Assembly (NCBI RefSeq): GCF_000315625.1
Contig: NW_005434539.1
Coordinates: 3,263 to 67,262, forward strand
DNA: 64,000 nt
Reading direction: 5' to 3'
Source: Guillardia theta CCMP2712
Lineage: Eukaryota; Protista; Cryptophyta
Shown: one piece after another, positions 35,222-48,145 of the stretch
Numbering within the stretch: position 1 is the stretch's first letter
Layout: every line of letters begins with the position of its first letter
Translations under genes and position numbers: made by a program
Notes under the pieces: model-generated
Seen by the model: the letters and a program-made list of their open reading frames with translations, nothing else
What the model was told of the DNA's origin: nothing
The model's database searches: none

Positions 35222-36412
35222 CTAGTCCTTCTTGGGCTTGTCAGGGAATCTTCCCTTGATCACTGAGTACAAGAGAACACCCAAGATTGCAGTAGAGGAC
35301 CTGAACGAAAGCGTCAACATCACCTTGTCTTTTATCGTGTTGGTGTTGGAGTGTATCAAGTTGTACATCTTTCATGCCATGTCCTTACCCGATGATGCCG
35401 AGAGGGGTCATGGGGGTTTGGAAGACAATGGCGGCGGCAACGATGACAACAACTCGCTTCACTGTGTTGCCAACCTTGACCAGCGCGCTGTCAGGGAACA
35501 AGAATCGTCATTGACGAGGATGCGCTCACCGACTGAGTCACTGGGGCCACAGAGCCGAGGACAAGGAAGGCCATTTCGTTGTAGGTGTAGTAGAGAAGTC
35601 CCGTAGCAACCACCTGCAAGAGATGTTAGTTTACTTCTCCTCGTCCCTCTTCTCCTTCTCTCTCTCCCCCCGCCTCAAACTGCATTCCTCCACATAACCA
35701 TCTTCTCACCATCTGAGCAAGCTTCAAGGGTGATACGGCATCCAACGCCATAGCCTTGAGGGCGTCGTCAGAGCAAAGAAACGAGCAAAAAAAGAAAAGA
35801 AGAGCAGAAGAAGAGGAAACGAGTAGGACAAGAGTTAGTGCAGAAGAAGAGGAGCAAACGAGTAGGACAAGAGTTAGTGCAGAAGAAGAGGAGCAAACGA
35901 GTAGGACAAGAGTAAGAGCAGAAGAAGAGGAGCAAACGAGTAGGACAAGAGTAAGAGCAGAAGAAGAGGAGCAAACGAGTAGGACAAGAGTAAGAGCAGA
36001 AGCAGGGGGTAGAGCTTTACCAGGCCTGACGCGACTTTGGACCCTTCGAGAAACAGAGCGAAGGGCAACATGAGGACGAAGGCGATGAGAGTCACGACGG
36101 CATATCTATCCACATGTCAGTGTGAGAATATAACGCAAGAACTTCTTCACGTGTTTTCTGCCGTCATGTTCTCGCCAGGGTTCGACATCTCCATGGACTC
36201 CTTGGACCTGGTATGAGGTGAGGAAGAGACCGGCTGTCCAGCAGCTCCTGCGCTCTTACAAGACTCCACGGGTTGCGTAGACTACGTTGGAGAACATGGC
36301 GGCAAGAAAGCATCCCCAGGTGAACGATAGCTCACTTGCTGCATTGACTATCAAATTTTTCTCTCTTCCTCCTCCTGGGCACTTGTTGCTCCTGCTCCTG
36401 CTCTTGCTCCCT

Positions 36413-36477
<65 letters not shown>

Positions 36478-37255
36478 TGTCCTTGTCCTCGTCCTCCTCA
36501 CCTGAAGCCAAACCAACTCCGCCAACAACCGGCAACATTGACAACCAGACCTACAGGAACTCTCATCTCCTGACAACATCTCTACCATCTCCTTTTCGCC
36601 TTACCTGCCACGGCAAGTTGCGTCCAGTGACAATCAGTCCAATCAGAGCAGTGCAGATCGGCTCCAACGCCTAAGAAAGAGGTCAGGGAGGCGGCAACAA
36701 AGATTCTCCTTTAGCGAGATGTTACCTTGACAACATTGACGAAGCTGACGGATCCAAGTCCCATCGCCGTCACGGTTGCAAGCTGACCAAATCCATGGAA
36801 GACAGCCACCTGCCCGCGACGTCTCACTTCCCTCTCTCTTCCTGCCTTCCTGCCTTCCCTCCCCATTCCTAACTTCCTCCTTTCCCCGTCCTCCCCTCCC
36901 TCCTCTCATCCTACATACCTTGGTCAGAGCCTTCAGATTCTCCTCTGAGGGTTTAGGGATCGCACGGATGCCCGAAAGCCACTGGGGTGCCAACCAGAGG
37001 ATACCGGCGCCTGCAGATGGTCAGGCAAGGGGGACAAGGACCCTTCCTAACCGAGCTGTATCACTGCAAATGTCCAGGGGAGAGGGCATATATTCAGAGT
37101 CTTCTTGACGACGATGTTGTAGCCAACGTTGAGCACGTACCTGACACAAACTGTGACCCACCCCTTCACGCTGGATTGGCAGTACCATGCGAAGAAGTAG
37201 AAGCCGAGGAGGAGGCGGCCGGCTTTCTTGGTGCCCGCGCTGTCAGACGAGGCCT
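35222..37255 (-). CDS. Triose-phosphate/PEP translocator (TPT/plastid phosphate translocator family); 5' end missing in the gap
   Basis: Exons GFYFFAW/YVLNVGYNIVVKK, SVSFVNVVKA.EP, ELSFTWGCFLAAMFSNVVYATRGV, YNEMAF..GNTVKRVVVIVAAAIVF, GVLLYSVIK..KKD*. Confidence 0.88.
35802..36004. repeat. 39-bp minisatellite (about 5 copies) in a TPT intron
   Basis: Unit GCAGAAGAAGAGGAGCAAACGAGTAGGACAAGAGT(TAGT/AAGA). Confidence 0.9.
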
Positions 37256-37386
37256 GCCAGGGAGAATTGTTGGCAAGAGTAGAGAGAAAGAGAAGAGGGA
37301 TAGGAAGGGAGGGAGGGAGGGAGGGAGGGAGGGGAGGGAGGGAGGGAGGGAGGGAGGGAGGGAGGGAGGGAGGAGGAGGAGGAGGA

Positions 37387-37486
37387 NNNNNNNNNNNNNN
37401 NNNNNNNNNNNNNNNNNNNNNNNNNNNNNNNNNNNNNNNNNNNNNNNNNNNNNNNNNNNNNNNNNNNNNNNNNNNNNNNNNNNNNN
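37387..37486. other. Scaffold gap (100 N)
   Basis: Run of N flanked by (GGGA)n/(GGA)n and (TTG)n/(GGT)n microsatellites. Confidence 1.
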
Positions 37487-37518
<32 letters not shown>

Positions 37519-37617
37519 GGTGGTGGTAGTGGTGGTGAGGAGGAGGAGGAGGAGGAGGGAGGAGGAGGAGCAGGCTTGGGGGTATGGCAGTGGTATGGAG
37601 CGTGAGAGCGTCGGCAG

Positions 37618-37677
37618 GTGCTGTCAGATCCCGAGAAGCGAAAGATCTACGACGAACATGGGCATGAGGGACTAGAG
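37618..37677 (+). CDS. Single exon encoding the C-terminal part of a DnaJ J-domain; rest of the gene not resolved
   Basis: AG|VLSDPEKRKIYDEHGHEGLE|GT, the classic J-domain helix IV signature with canonical splice sites. Confidence 0.7.
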
Positions 37678-39664
37678 GTTTGGAAGAAGACGAGGGAGAG
37701 GGAGGGAGGGAGGGAGGGAGGGAGGGAGGGAGGGAGGGAGGGAGGGAGGGAGGGAGGGAGGGAGGGAGGGAGGGAGGGAGGGAGGCAGGGGAAATGATGG
37801 TGAAAGAGAAAGAGGAGGAGGAAAGAATTCAGAAGAACCTTGAGAGATGTCACAGCCTGTCGGAATGCCGGGAGACGCGATTCATACTTCTGCTCTCATC
37901 ATCACGCCAGACTCTCGCACAAACACGATGATGCTCACCAAGGATGAAGAGGATGCCAACACGAGATCGTCCTTAGCTGGTCCAGCAAGCGCAGAAGGCT
38001 TGCTGTTCGCTCGTTAGAGACCAAGGGGTGCAAGGTTGTTTGAAACCATGCGGCCAGTCGCGATGGCTGCGACGATGGAATTTTGCAGAGTGCAGAGGAT
38101 GCTCCAGTCTGGCATGTCTTATCATCGACTGTGTAGAGCATGGTAGGGATAGAAGTGTGGACGCCAAGTTCATCCCATTGAATCTAGCCTATACGATTCC
38201 AGCGCTCTCGATCGTCTTTTTTAATGTCGCCATCACGACAACTTGATTTGCATCAATAATTCATCATCGTTTCAGAAGCTTCAAATTGAATTCTACCAGT
38301 CCATCCCCACCCATTGCGACGACTACCCCAGCATTTCCTCATTCTTCTGGATCCTTTCCTTCTCCTCATTCATGCCAGCAACCTCTCTCCTTACTACCAT
38401 ATCGACGTCTCGCTTGCTCCTCTTACCTTCATCATCGCCATTCTTCCTCCGTTCATCACGAAGGCCTCCGTCATAGCAGCGCACGCCAGCGCCAGCATGG
38501 TTCCCTGCCGCCAAGCCATGCCGCCCCCTTTCTGCAAAGTTGGCTGTACAACGGGTGTGACATGGTACCACTTACCCCTGATATTGAACCACCCACCCCT
38601 CAATACTCATTAGAAGATCTAGCATTTCTCATCAAAGTACCCCTTCACGACTCTTCAAACAAATGGTACCCACCCCAGAAGACCAGTAATTGGGCAAACC
38701 ATGTATCACCCCACCCCCTCCTAGAAACACTGTTGTCTGCCAACTGCCATTACGTCGAAATCCTGGAGGCCACCCATGACCCACCATCCCGCCCCTTTGA
38801 GTACCCTACCTCCCTCTTCTCCCGACTCTACCCACCCATTTGCCACTCCACCCACCCATTTTTGACTACCCACCCCTGTTGCGACTATCCTCTTGTTTGT
38901 CTCGTACTATCCTGGAACTACCCCAACCCCTTTCCATGCTCACCAATTGGGAACACTGATTAAAAAGTACGGGTAGACCTTCAATGAGGCTCGAAGTACC
39001 GGGTACTCCATAGCAAAGAGTCTTCAGCATATGACGGGTTGTGACTTCAGGTGGGGTTACCTTTTGATGGGGGTAGGGTGAGGGTGGGGTCGCAGCATGT
39101 TGGAACTGCGGCATGGCGTGGGAGTGCGCAAAGTGGGAGCAGGAGGAGAGGAAGCAGGAGAGGAGCCGAGGAGAGGAGAAGGCAAGACAAGCGAGCACAC
39201 GATGACGATGCAAGCGTTCCTGTTGAAGTTGAGCTGAGCATGGAGATAGCAGGTCCATGGAGGAGAAATCGAGAGAACAGGAAATTTGGGAAGGGAGGCG
39301 ATGATAAACTCGAACACAGAGTTAAGCTTCAGTCGTGCCTTGAATCAGAAGAAAACTTGCAAACATATTGATCTATTTGATCAAGGGTTTGTGGCTAATA
39401 AGTTGGCATACAGTGATTTTATAATGATCAACTCTTTTGTTCCCCGCTTGCTCCGTTGCTCCATTTGCCCGCCCGCTTGGCTGCCTCATCAACCTCTTAC
39501 AATTTTCTTTTAGAACATGCTGTTGGCGCACCGCGAGAGAAAGCTGAACACGATCGCAACGACCAAGTAGCGGACAGCAGACCTGGCTGCTCTGAAGGTT
39601 TAACCAGGTTATTGAGGTAACAAGGAAAGAGTTTTGAATCTTACAGTCTTGAGTTTTCGAAGAG

Positions 39665-41422
39665 ATGGCGGGGATAGGCCGAGAGGATGAAAACTTGGAC
39701 ATTGAAGGAGGGGACGGGATACAATCCAGGGGGACAGCAACTGCGCAGGACCTGGTTGTAGAGCAGAGCGGCGGGGTTCAGTCCCAGCAAGAAGGATCCT
39801 CTAGCCGTCGGCACAAGGAAGTCAACCTCAAGTGTCTGAAGGGAGAAGGGCAGGATGAAGAGGAAGAGGATTGCATGGATCCCTCGGCCCCTCTGCTCAG
39901 TGTCGGGATGAGCTTCGACGAGCGAGATGCGTCCCTCGGTGAGCTGTACAGGAGCGTGGAGGTGGAGTACGCAGGAGGAGGGTCGTGGTGGAGCAAAGTG
40001 AAGCCTTTTCTCGGGCCTGGGACGCTGATAGCTGTAGGATACATGGACCCGGGGAACTGGGCCACTGACATTCAGGCGGGATCAGCGTACAACTACGACC
40101 TCCTCTTCTTCGTCCTCGCCTCCTCCATCATGGCCATGCTTTTCCAGACGCTTTCCGTCCGCCTTGGGCTCGCGTCACGGACAGACCTTGCGCAGGTGAA
40201 GTCGAAGCATGCGAGGATGGTGCTGATGACCTGCCGCAGGCCTGCCGCATGCACTTCCCCAAGGCCGTAACCATTGTTCTATGGCTCATGGCTCAGATTG
40301 CCATCTGTGCGTGTGACCTTGCTGAGGTGATCGGGTCAGCTCTGGCGCTGAAACTTCTCTTCTCCATCCCCATTACCTACGGAGTTCTCATCACAGGAGC
40401 TGACGTGCTGCTGGTGCTCGCGCTGGGAGGGAACCAGATGAGAATCCTCGAGGGTATCATCCTTGCGCTTATGGCCACCATCACCGTCTGCTTCATCGTC
40501 GAGATTTACTTCAGTCAGCCCGACATGGCAGGGATCCTTCGCGGCTGCTTCCTCCCTCAGTCCTCGCTGATCACAGACTCCAACCGACTCTTCCTCGGCG
40601 TCGGCATCCTTGGAGCAACGGTCATGCCCCACAACCTCTACCTCCACAGCAGCCTTGTCCTCACCAGGAACGTCGCGCGCAACCCTAGGGCGGTGAAGGA
40701 GGCCGTCGTCTTCAGCACGCTGGACTCCAACGTCTCCCTCCTCCTCGCGTTCTTCGTCAACGCTGCGATTCTCGTGCTCTCTGCTGCCACGTTCAACCGC
40801 AGCGGTCACAAGGACGTCGCCTCAATCGAGGAGGCCGCCAGCCTCATGGACCGGGTCCTCGGCAAGAAGATGGCCTCCGTCCTCTTTGGGACAGCGCTGC
40901 TTGCTAGTGGGCAGCAGAGCACGCTGACGGGGACACTAGCAGGGCAGGTGGTTATGGATGGGTTCCTGCACTTCAAGATCGAGCCGGCGATGCAGAGGCT
41001 GGTTACCCGCACCAGCGCCATCGCTCCTGCCCTTGCCGTCCTCCTGCTCCAGGGCGACTCGGCGGTGGACACGCTGCTTCTGTGGAGCCAGGTGGGAAGA
41101 GAAAGAGGGGGAAAGAGGGAGAGGAGGGAGGTAGTCAGGGATCTGACGGGAGGAAGAGGCAGCTGATGAACGAAGGAGCCTGGCAGTGATGAAGAGGATG
41201 TGGAAGGAGTTGTGGGTGAAAAGTGACGTCATGCCGCAGGTTGTGTTGTCGCTTCAGCTCCCCTTCGCCATCATCCCTCTCGTCTACTTCACGTCCTCAC
41301 ACTCCATCATGGGGGAGCATGCTAGCTCCACGTTCCTCTGCATGCTGAGCTGGGCGATCACCAGCCTTGTCGTTGGGCTTAACCTCCTCCTGATCTACAC
41401 GGGGCTGGCATCCTTAACGTAG
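39665..41422 (+). CDS. NRAMP: NRAMP/MntH-family divalent metal (Mn2+/Fe2+) transporter; 3 exons
   Basis: Motifs GYMDPGNW, CDLAEVIG, GATVMPHNLYLHS, GQQSTLTGTLAGQVVMDGF and SQVVLSLQLPFA. Confidence 0.95.
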
Positions 41423-41459
41423 GAGAAGAGGACGGTTACCGTACCTTGAACAACATCTC

Positions 41460-44400
41460 CCTCCTCTCGTACTTCTGCTTTTTGTTGTTGTTGTTTTTCT
41501 TATGTTCTGTACTCAATTCAACCTGACAGACATGCTCGGCCTGCCTCGCCCCTAAATCCCTCTCCCTTCCACTTCTCCTGCAGCTTCCTCCCTCTCCCCC
41601 TCCCTCCTTCCCTTGCAGTCTTCACTGGCCTACCTGGCAGAGCTGTATGTACTTCTTTCGGATCGCCTTGAGAGTTTCAGAAGTCACGCTCTCCTGCTCT
41701 GCGGTCTTGCTCACGCTGATGTCCTTGGGCGTGTACCGGGTGAAGATCTTGAACGCGAGCTCCTGGAAGTGCTCCCTCCTCTCCTTGGGCAGGCTTTCCA
41801 GCTGCTCCAGCCTCATGAACGCGTTAGAGCAGACAGCGTACATGTTGTTGTGGAACGAGGTCAGAGCGATCAGCGAGAAGATGTCCTCCGCATCTGCTCG
41901 CAAGTCAGCACGCTTCCTTCCCCCCTCCCGCCCTCCTCCTCTTCCTCAGCCCGACCCCAGCTCTTCCTTCAGCTCACCGAGGATATCGTCGTACTTGGCC
42001 AGGCTCTGCGCATACCTCATCGCTATGTTCACTCGCCCTGAGTAGAGATGCTCGTGCGCCTCTAGGTACAGCTCGAGAGCCTCCACCCCCCTCCATGCCT
42101 GCAAGAAGCCAGTCAGACCCTGCGGAGGTCAGCAAACGCCCAGCTGACTTGGTCAAGGATCTTGTTCTCAGCTGAGATCGCATCTCCCTGCATGAGCCCG
42201 TCCAGCGTAGCCAGCGTAGCTTGCGTGTTCCTCACGCCGCCCATGGTCGCCCTGCCCATAGTCGTCTTGCCTGCCATGGTCCCACCCACCATCGTCGTCC
42301 CTCCCGGCTGCTGCACCCTGAGTGTCTTCTCGCGGAACTTCTCAACCTCGAGGGCCGCAAGGATGTACAGCTGACGAGCTCGGTGCGGGTTCGCCTTGCT
42401 CTTCACCACCTCCTGCGCGATCTCTGCAAGGAGCTTCGCCGCCTCCGGGTGCCGGTTCGCCTTGCGGTAGAGCTCGATCGCTTCCATCCTCTTGCCCGTC
42501 CCCAGCAGGTGGGTCGCGTACTTGGTCAGCAGCCCCTCGATCTGCGGGAAGTCGTGCTCCTCTGCTAGCAGGATGGCCTGGTCCCACTTGTTGAGCAGGA
42601 CGCAGCAGTCGATGGCTGCCTTGACATCGTTGGCACGCAGAAAGGCCGTGACGGCTTCGTCTGCCAGTCCGACGCTCGCCAGCCGCTCGCCGATGACGAG
42701 GAGGGTGGAGGAGCCTTCAGGGAGCTGCTTTTCAGGGTCAGTAGCGAGCTTCGCCATGGAGTTGTAGTCCTCCATGTTGTACAGGCATTCGATCTGTTTC
42801 TCTATCGCGTCCGCCATCTCGAAGTAGCCGTACGCCTTGTTCCACATCTGCCGGTCGAAGTAGTAGTCGCCCACGTTGACGTAGGCGGTCTTTAGCAAGA
42901 CATCGCTCCCTCCGCCTTGACCCGCCAGGGTCATAACCTTGTGCCAGTCCCCGAGCGTCGCGCGCATGTCGATCGCCAGGTCGAGCCTGTCCATGTCCTT
43001 GTACAGCTTCTCTGCCTCGTCGAACCTCTTGAAGTAGACCGAGACCTCCGCCCGCTGCTTTGCCTTGTCGCTGAGGTGGGAGAGCCGCTTGACGAGCTGG
43101 ATACCCTGGTAGTCTCCCAGCTTCACAAACGCCTTCTCAGCTGTCTGCAGATCCAGCCGCTCGAGCGCAAACTCGGCGAGGAGGGACCAGAGGCGAGGGT
43201 GGGCGTTGTCGTCGATGTACTGGCTGCCGTCCGTGATGCCAACCTTTGTGAGGATGTCACGGGAGTCTCGAAGTGACTTGGTCTCGAACTCGATGACGTG
43301 CTCGAGGAAGGAGGTGTCCGGCAGCTTCGGGGACTGGATCATGATCTCGTCGAGCAGGATCGCGGTGATGGTCAGGTTGCTGAACCTGCACAAGTAGCCC
43401 GAGGACAGGACGGCTTCTTCTGGCTGCATGCCACGGAGGATGTACCTGGAGGAAGGGGTAAGGAGAGGAGGAGGGAGGGAGGAGAGTGTTACATGCGCGA
43501 CTTCTCCATGGTTGTGATGAGGTCGGGGTTGTCCTCAGCCCACAGCATGTCCCAGGCATCTCTGCAAGGAGAGCGTCAACCCTCTCCTCTCCCTCTCCTC
43601 TCTTGCCTCCTTCCTCTTCTTATCGTGCGCCTTTTTCCTCAATGACTGTGAGGATGAAAGGCATTTCCTCCACCGAAACTATCTCAACCTATCTTTCCTC
43701 CTTCTCCTCCTGCCCCTCCTCCTTCACCTTCTCTCAGTGGCGAGGTGCTCTCCTGGTGCGTGCAAGTCCTCGCTGATGCCCTGCACGTTGGCTGTCAGAG
43801 CAAGAACTTGGGCGCTACCACATGAGGCACAACCTTTCCTCTTCCAGCCTCGAAGTCAAAGAAAGAGAGCACGCCGTTGATGTCAATGATACTCATCTTG
43901 GTGCTGTCACAATTGACCTGACATGTCGGGTCAGGAGGAGAAGAAGCAGCGTCCATCCAGCTCACCGCAAGCATCTGCGGGCAGCACCGGAGGATGTACT
44001 TTTGCTCGAGTTGTATGTGAGGCAAGGAGTACCTCTGGCCCAAACTTTGTCAAACAAGCTGACAAGGAGCAGGAGCAACAGAGCAATCTGCTCCAAGTCT
44101 CACCTGTACAGTCCCGCTCTCACGTCCGACCAGTAGCATGCTTCTATTTGCACAGATACACGAGATAGGATCCTCCGTGTTCGGCTTCCTACTCAGACTC
44201 ATGTGACTGAACTGATCACCCCAGCTCATATGCGTGCACCTGCCCAGCTTGTCGAACCCTCCAGTGCTTGTGTTGGGGCTTTCATCCACATGCCAGACAA
44301 TCTTGCACAGCGTTACAGCACGTCAAAGGCACCTCAGAAGTACCTCTTTCCCGTCCTTCTTCTTCAGTGCCACTCCGTCTTTGGAAGAGTCGATGGAGGT

Positions 44401-45765
44401 CAGCTTCGATACCCTAGAGCTGTACTGCCATACACAGATGGTGTTGTCGTCCGCGCAGACGACATGCGTCTCCGTCATGTGGATGTAGTGTGGCTCGATG
44501 TTGATGTACTTGGTGTCCACTGGTGCTCCAATGGAGTTGCAGAGGATGAGGATGTACACTCCGACTTCGTCCGTCCTTGTGGCAAGCACACAGAAGTCCC
44601 CGAAGGCTTGTATACGAATCAGAGTCTTGACGAACTTCACCGTCCGGTTCCCGGTCTGCGTGTCAAAGAACACAACACAGTGCTCCACCCTGTCGGCGAT
44701 GGTGAAGGCGTATACGAGGGTACTGGAGAAGTAGCCCCACAGGTAGTCCGGGCGGATGTTGGCGAAGTAGATGAACGACTCTACAGAGATGGCAAGGCGC
44801 AGGCTTCCGCTTCCTTCCCAGCCCAGCCCGGTGATGCCCGGGCCCGGCATCTTGAGCGTGCGGAGGTGGCGTCCAAAGGGGTCGTAGAACTGAACTTGAC
44901 TGACATTCTGATCGCCGCCGCTGTTCGCTGCCGCTCCGGCGATGGCTAGGATGGATCCCTGGTAGTTCCACTTGACCTGGAGCCTCGGCGGGCCCTTGGG
45001 GTCATCGATGGTCGGCTGCAGGCCCGTGTCAATCAGGATCGGCTTCTCGTCAGTCTCCGAGGTCATGAGTTGCACCCTCCCGTTGTCAAAGGCGATGGCG
45101 AGCGAGGGAGCGCTGGGATCGACCTTCCCCTCCACCTCATCGTACCAGTGTATCCCTGACACTCGAGCCGTGGCGTCTCCTGCGAACAAGGTGACGGGCG
45201 CGATGTAGTTGCCGTTGGCGTCGTACACGTGCACTTCACCCTGGGGGGTAACGAACACCAGGAGGCGGGCGTCCGGCGACCATTCACAGAAGATCAGCTC
45301 TTTCTGGAGGTCCTTGCCCCACAGTCTGTTCCCATCCTCGTATCCCACTATCACTGCACCGTCCGCATAGCAGATGCAGATCTTCGTCCCGTCCACACAC
45401 CACTTGATGTCCCGCACGACCGACTTTTGCCGGTCGTTCACCATCTCCTCGTACCAAGAACCCTTGTGCAGAGTCCAGACGATGATGAGACCCTTCTCAT
45501 CCGAAGTGGTCAGTTTCTTGCACTCGTCGTTCCATGCTGCACACAGCACTGCGCTCTTGTGCCCTGTCAGTGTCTGATTCATAATCAAGTTGCTGGTTCC
45601 TGCTACTCCCTTCTCCCTCCCCTGCGCTTTGTTCTCGAACTGCAGGATCTTCAGCAGTCCTCCGTCTCCTCCACATGCTACCCAGCCTTCGATAGCGTTC
45701 CATTCACAGCAGTGGAGGAAGACTCCGTTGGGAATAGCGATCTTCTTGTTCAAATATACAAACAT
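41460..45765 (-). CDS. WDR35: WDR35/IFT121, intraflagellar transport complex A subunit
   Basis: Begins MFVYLNKKIAIPNG..GWVACGGDGGLLK; contains KLTTSDEKGLIIVW, SFIYFANIRPDYLWGY, KSLRDSRDIL, HPRLWSLLAEFALE, AAIDCCVLLNKW and CSNAFMRLE. The 3' end is approximate. Confidence 0.95.
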
Positions 45766-45984
45766 CCCGCACAAGCTCTCTGCTGTACCTCCTTGCACCA
45801 GACTCCCGAGGAAACGATCTCTCAATCACGGCGATTTGGACAGAGGATCAGCATTCCTCCTCTGTTGCCCCCTCTCTCTCCTCTCTTCCCCTCCTCCAAC
45901 ACTACTGTCCTTCCCCGCTCCACTGCGCTCTTCCCGCCATCTCGCGCTCAAGCTTTCAGTTAAATAGCGCTAACGGACAGGCGC

Positions 45985-46760
45985 AGAGTAACGGTAAGCC
46001 GGGGCCGGGCACACCGTTCAGTGACTGGCAAGTCAGCCTGTCACGCTGGCGAGTCACGTTAGCACTCAGTTGCCGGGCGAGTACCGTGTATACCGTAGTA
46101 CCGTGTACTCCGTACGCGGTCCGAGCCGCCCCGGGCCTCGGAGCCTGACTCAGACGGTAAGCTAGGCCGCCGGTCCGGCGGGCCGGGCTACTACCGTACG
46201 GTACTGAGTGCTGATCGGAGGCTCCGTCCTGAGTCAGTCGGATCCGATCATCGGGAATCATCGCCCCATGACTCAAGTTGGATCGGACGGCGGCGCCGCC
46301 GGGACCGACTCGCTCGGACCGTCGCCGGGTCGACCGTGCCCCGCCGCGTCACGCCGGTGCTCAGTGCTGCCAGCTTATCGAGTCGGACTGACTCCGGGCC
46401 CGCAAACGCCGCACCGCCGCCGCCGACGGTCTGCGGCACACCGTACGGTCTCAGCCGTGGCCGGCGGCCACTGAGCCTGTGAGTGACGCCAGGTGGCTGA
46501 GCCTGACAGTGACTGGCCGCGGCCCGGGGGCCGCCGGCCTGGGGCCAGCGCCGTCGGAGTCCGAGCCGGCGGCACCGTTTGCAGTGACCGGCGTGGCTGC
46601 GGCCGGCCGCAGTAGTGCCCGGCCGGCCAGCCGGCAGTGGCTCCGAGGCTCGCTGTGCCGTAGTATGGTCTTATCTTTGCTCTTCTCGCCGCGCAGTCTG
46701 GCCCGGCAGCCTGCAGCGCGACAGTGCGGCAGGGTCAAGCCTCCTCCGAGTCGACTCTCC
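45985..46760. promoter_or_regulatory. GC/CpG-rich island upstream of WDR35
   Basis: GC-rich word vocabulary; abuts the inverted-repeat element. Confidence 0.55.
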
Positions 46761-47073
46761 TGATTGTCCTCGTACTGATTTTTGACTTAACCGAGTCAAG
46801 TTTGAGTAAAGACGGCCTACTACCGTACCGTAACCGTCTTACCTCGAAGGCTTCAGTCCGCCGGAACTTAAATGCTGGGTCCGTCCGTCCCGCTTAAAAC
46901 CTTTTGGATGGGATGCATTGTTGTCGAAACTCAGTCTGGTAAAAAGTTTACGTTTTATTCCAAGCCTTGAGTCATCTTTAACTATATTTCATCCCTCCTC
47001 ACCGCTCGCGACCATTCAGCATCACACTTTACTCAAAGTTAAGTTAAAATCAGTACGAGGACAATCAGGAGAG
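46755..47073. mobile_element. MITE-like element of ~320 bp with ~45-bp terminal inverted repeats
   Basis: Left arm CTCTCCTGATTGTCCTCGTACTGATTTTTGACTTAA[ccgagtcaag]TTTGAGTAAAG; right arm CTTTACTCAAAGTTAAGTTAAAATCAGTACGAGGACAATCAGGAGAG. The interior is non-coding and no clear target-site duplication is visible. Confidence 0.6.
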
Positions 47074-47473
47074 CACAATCAGGATGCAGTCGAAGTCTCT
47101 AAATTCGGTCACGGCAAAGACCGTACACAACTACTCAGTGAACATATAAAGCCCGTTGAAGCGATTTAATAATAATTGTCAGAAACTTGTGAACAATCAA
47201 AATAAAATACGGAGCACTTTTAGCGACGTGGCTTATCAACCAGCTCTCGCTGATATCATTCTTTATAAGCACACTTTGATTCGGTTTGATACGCCATGGT
47301 GCTTTCAGCAGCAATCAAGAGTTTCCGGTCGTTTCACCTCTAACAGCCTTCCTGAACTTTCAAAAAGGGAGATCGAAAGACAAACTTGATTTGTGAAGAT
47401 CTAAACAACACAAGCATTCAATAAACACAAGATAAAGTCGACCAACCCCATTGTTTTACAGGTTGCAATGATA

Positions 47474-48145
47474 TCAAATCTCAACATCCTCCTGGTTTCT
47501 CTCCACGAACGACGCTATCCAATCTGCCGTGTACGCCCACCCCGCATCCTCTCCCTCCTCCCCCTCTCCCTCCTTGAGAAAGCTCCCCTCCCTCCAAAAG
47601 CTTCCCGACGATGTCGAGTCTTCCAGTAAAAACTCAAGCACCTCGTCCGAGCTGTCCGTGCACGCGCTCTCCTCCTCCGTGCCTTGCTCCTGTCGAGGCT
47701 GCATAGCGTGGGCTATGCTTGTGATGCCATGATCTGCAACTCTTGCTACTGCCGTGCTGCTAGTGGGATGACGCTCGCCGTGTGAGCCTGCTTCTGCTCC
47801 TCCCTCTCCCTGACGTGCGTCCTGACTGCTGTACGTCCTCCTCGTGTACGGCCAGCGGGCGATGCCGATACGCCTGCAAGCGCTCTTGAGGCTCGTAAGA
47901 GACACGCCCTGATCGCATCGCACAGTCAGCCGGCACACAGCACAAGCATGGTGGGGCCTCACCAGGAAGGCGGCGGCGTCCTCTTGACTACGGGAGAAGA
48001 GAGGCTGCAAGGATTCGAGGGAGATGCTGACGGGGGGGAGGAGATCGCCGGGGGTAGAGCGAGATGTGGTGCGAGGGCGGGGCTGAATGGAGACAACAAG
48101 AGGGGGAGGGGGCGGGAAGGATATGTGGACGGGAGCGAACGCCAT
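47474..48145 (-). CDS. RWP-RK transcription factor, copy 1 (one short intron)
   Basis: ISLESLQPLFSRSQEDAAAFL|GVSLTSLKSACRRIGIARWPY. Confidence 0.9.
   Translation of the reverse strand: MAFAPVHISFPPPPPLVVSIQPRPRTTSRSTPGDLLPPVSISLESLQPLFSRSQEDAAAFLVRPHHACAVCRLTVRCDQGVSLTSLKSACRRIGIARWPYTRRTYSSQDARQGEGGAEAGSHGERHPTSSTAVARVADHGITSIAHAMQPRQEQGTEEESACTDSSDEVLEFLLEDSTSSGSFWREGSFLKEGEGEEGEDAGWAYTADWIASFVERNQEDVEI

Noticed and set aside
35802-36004. 39-bp repeats as a possible CRISPR array
   Set aside because: Head-to-tail tandem units without unique spacers, inside a eukaryotic intron, and no cas genes.
38000-39660. Possible gene or pseudogene between the DnaJ exon and NRAMP
   Set aside because: Short ORF fragments on both strands with no recognisable motif or coherent splice model.
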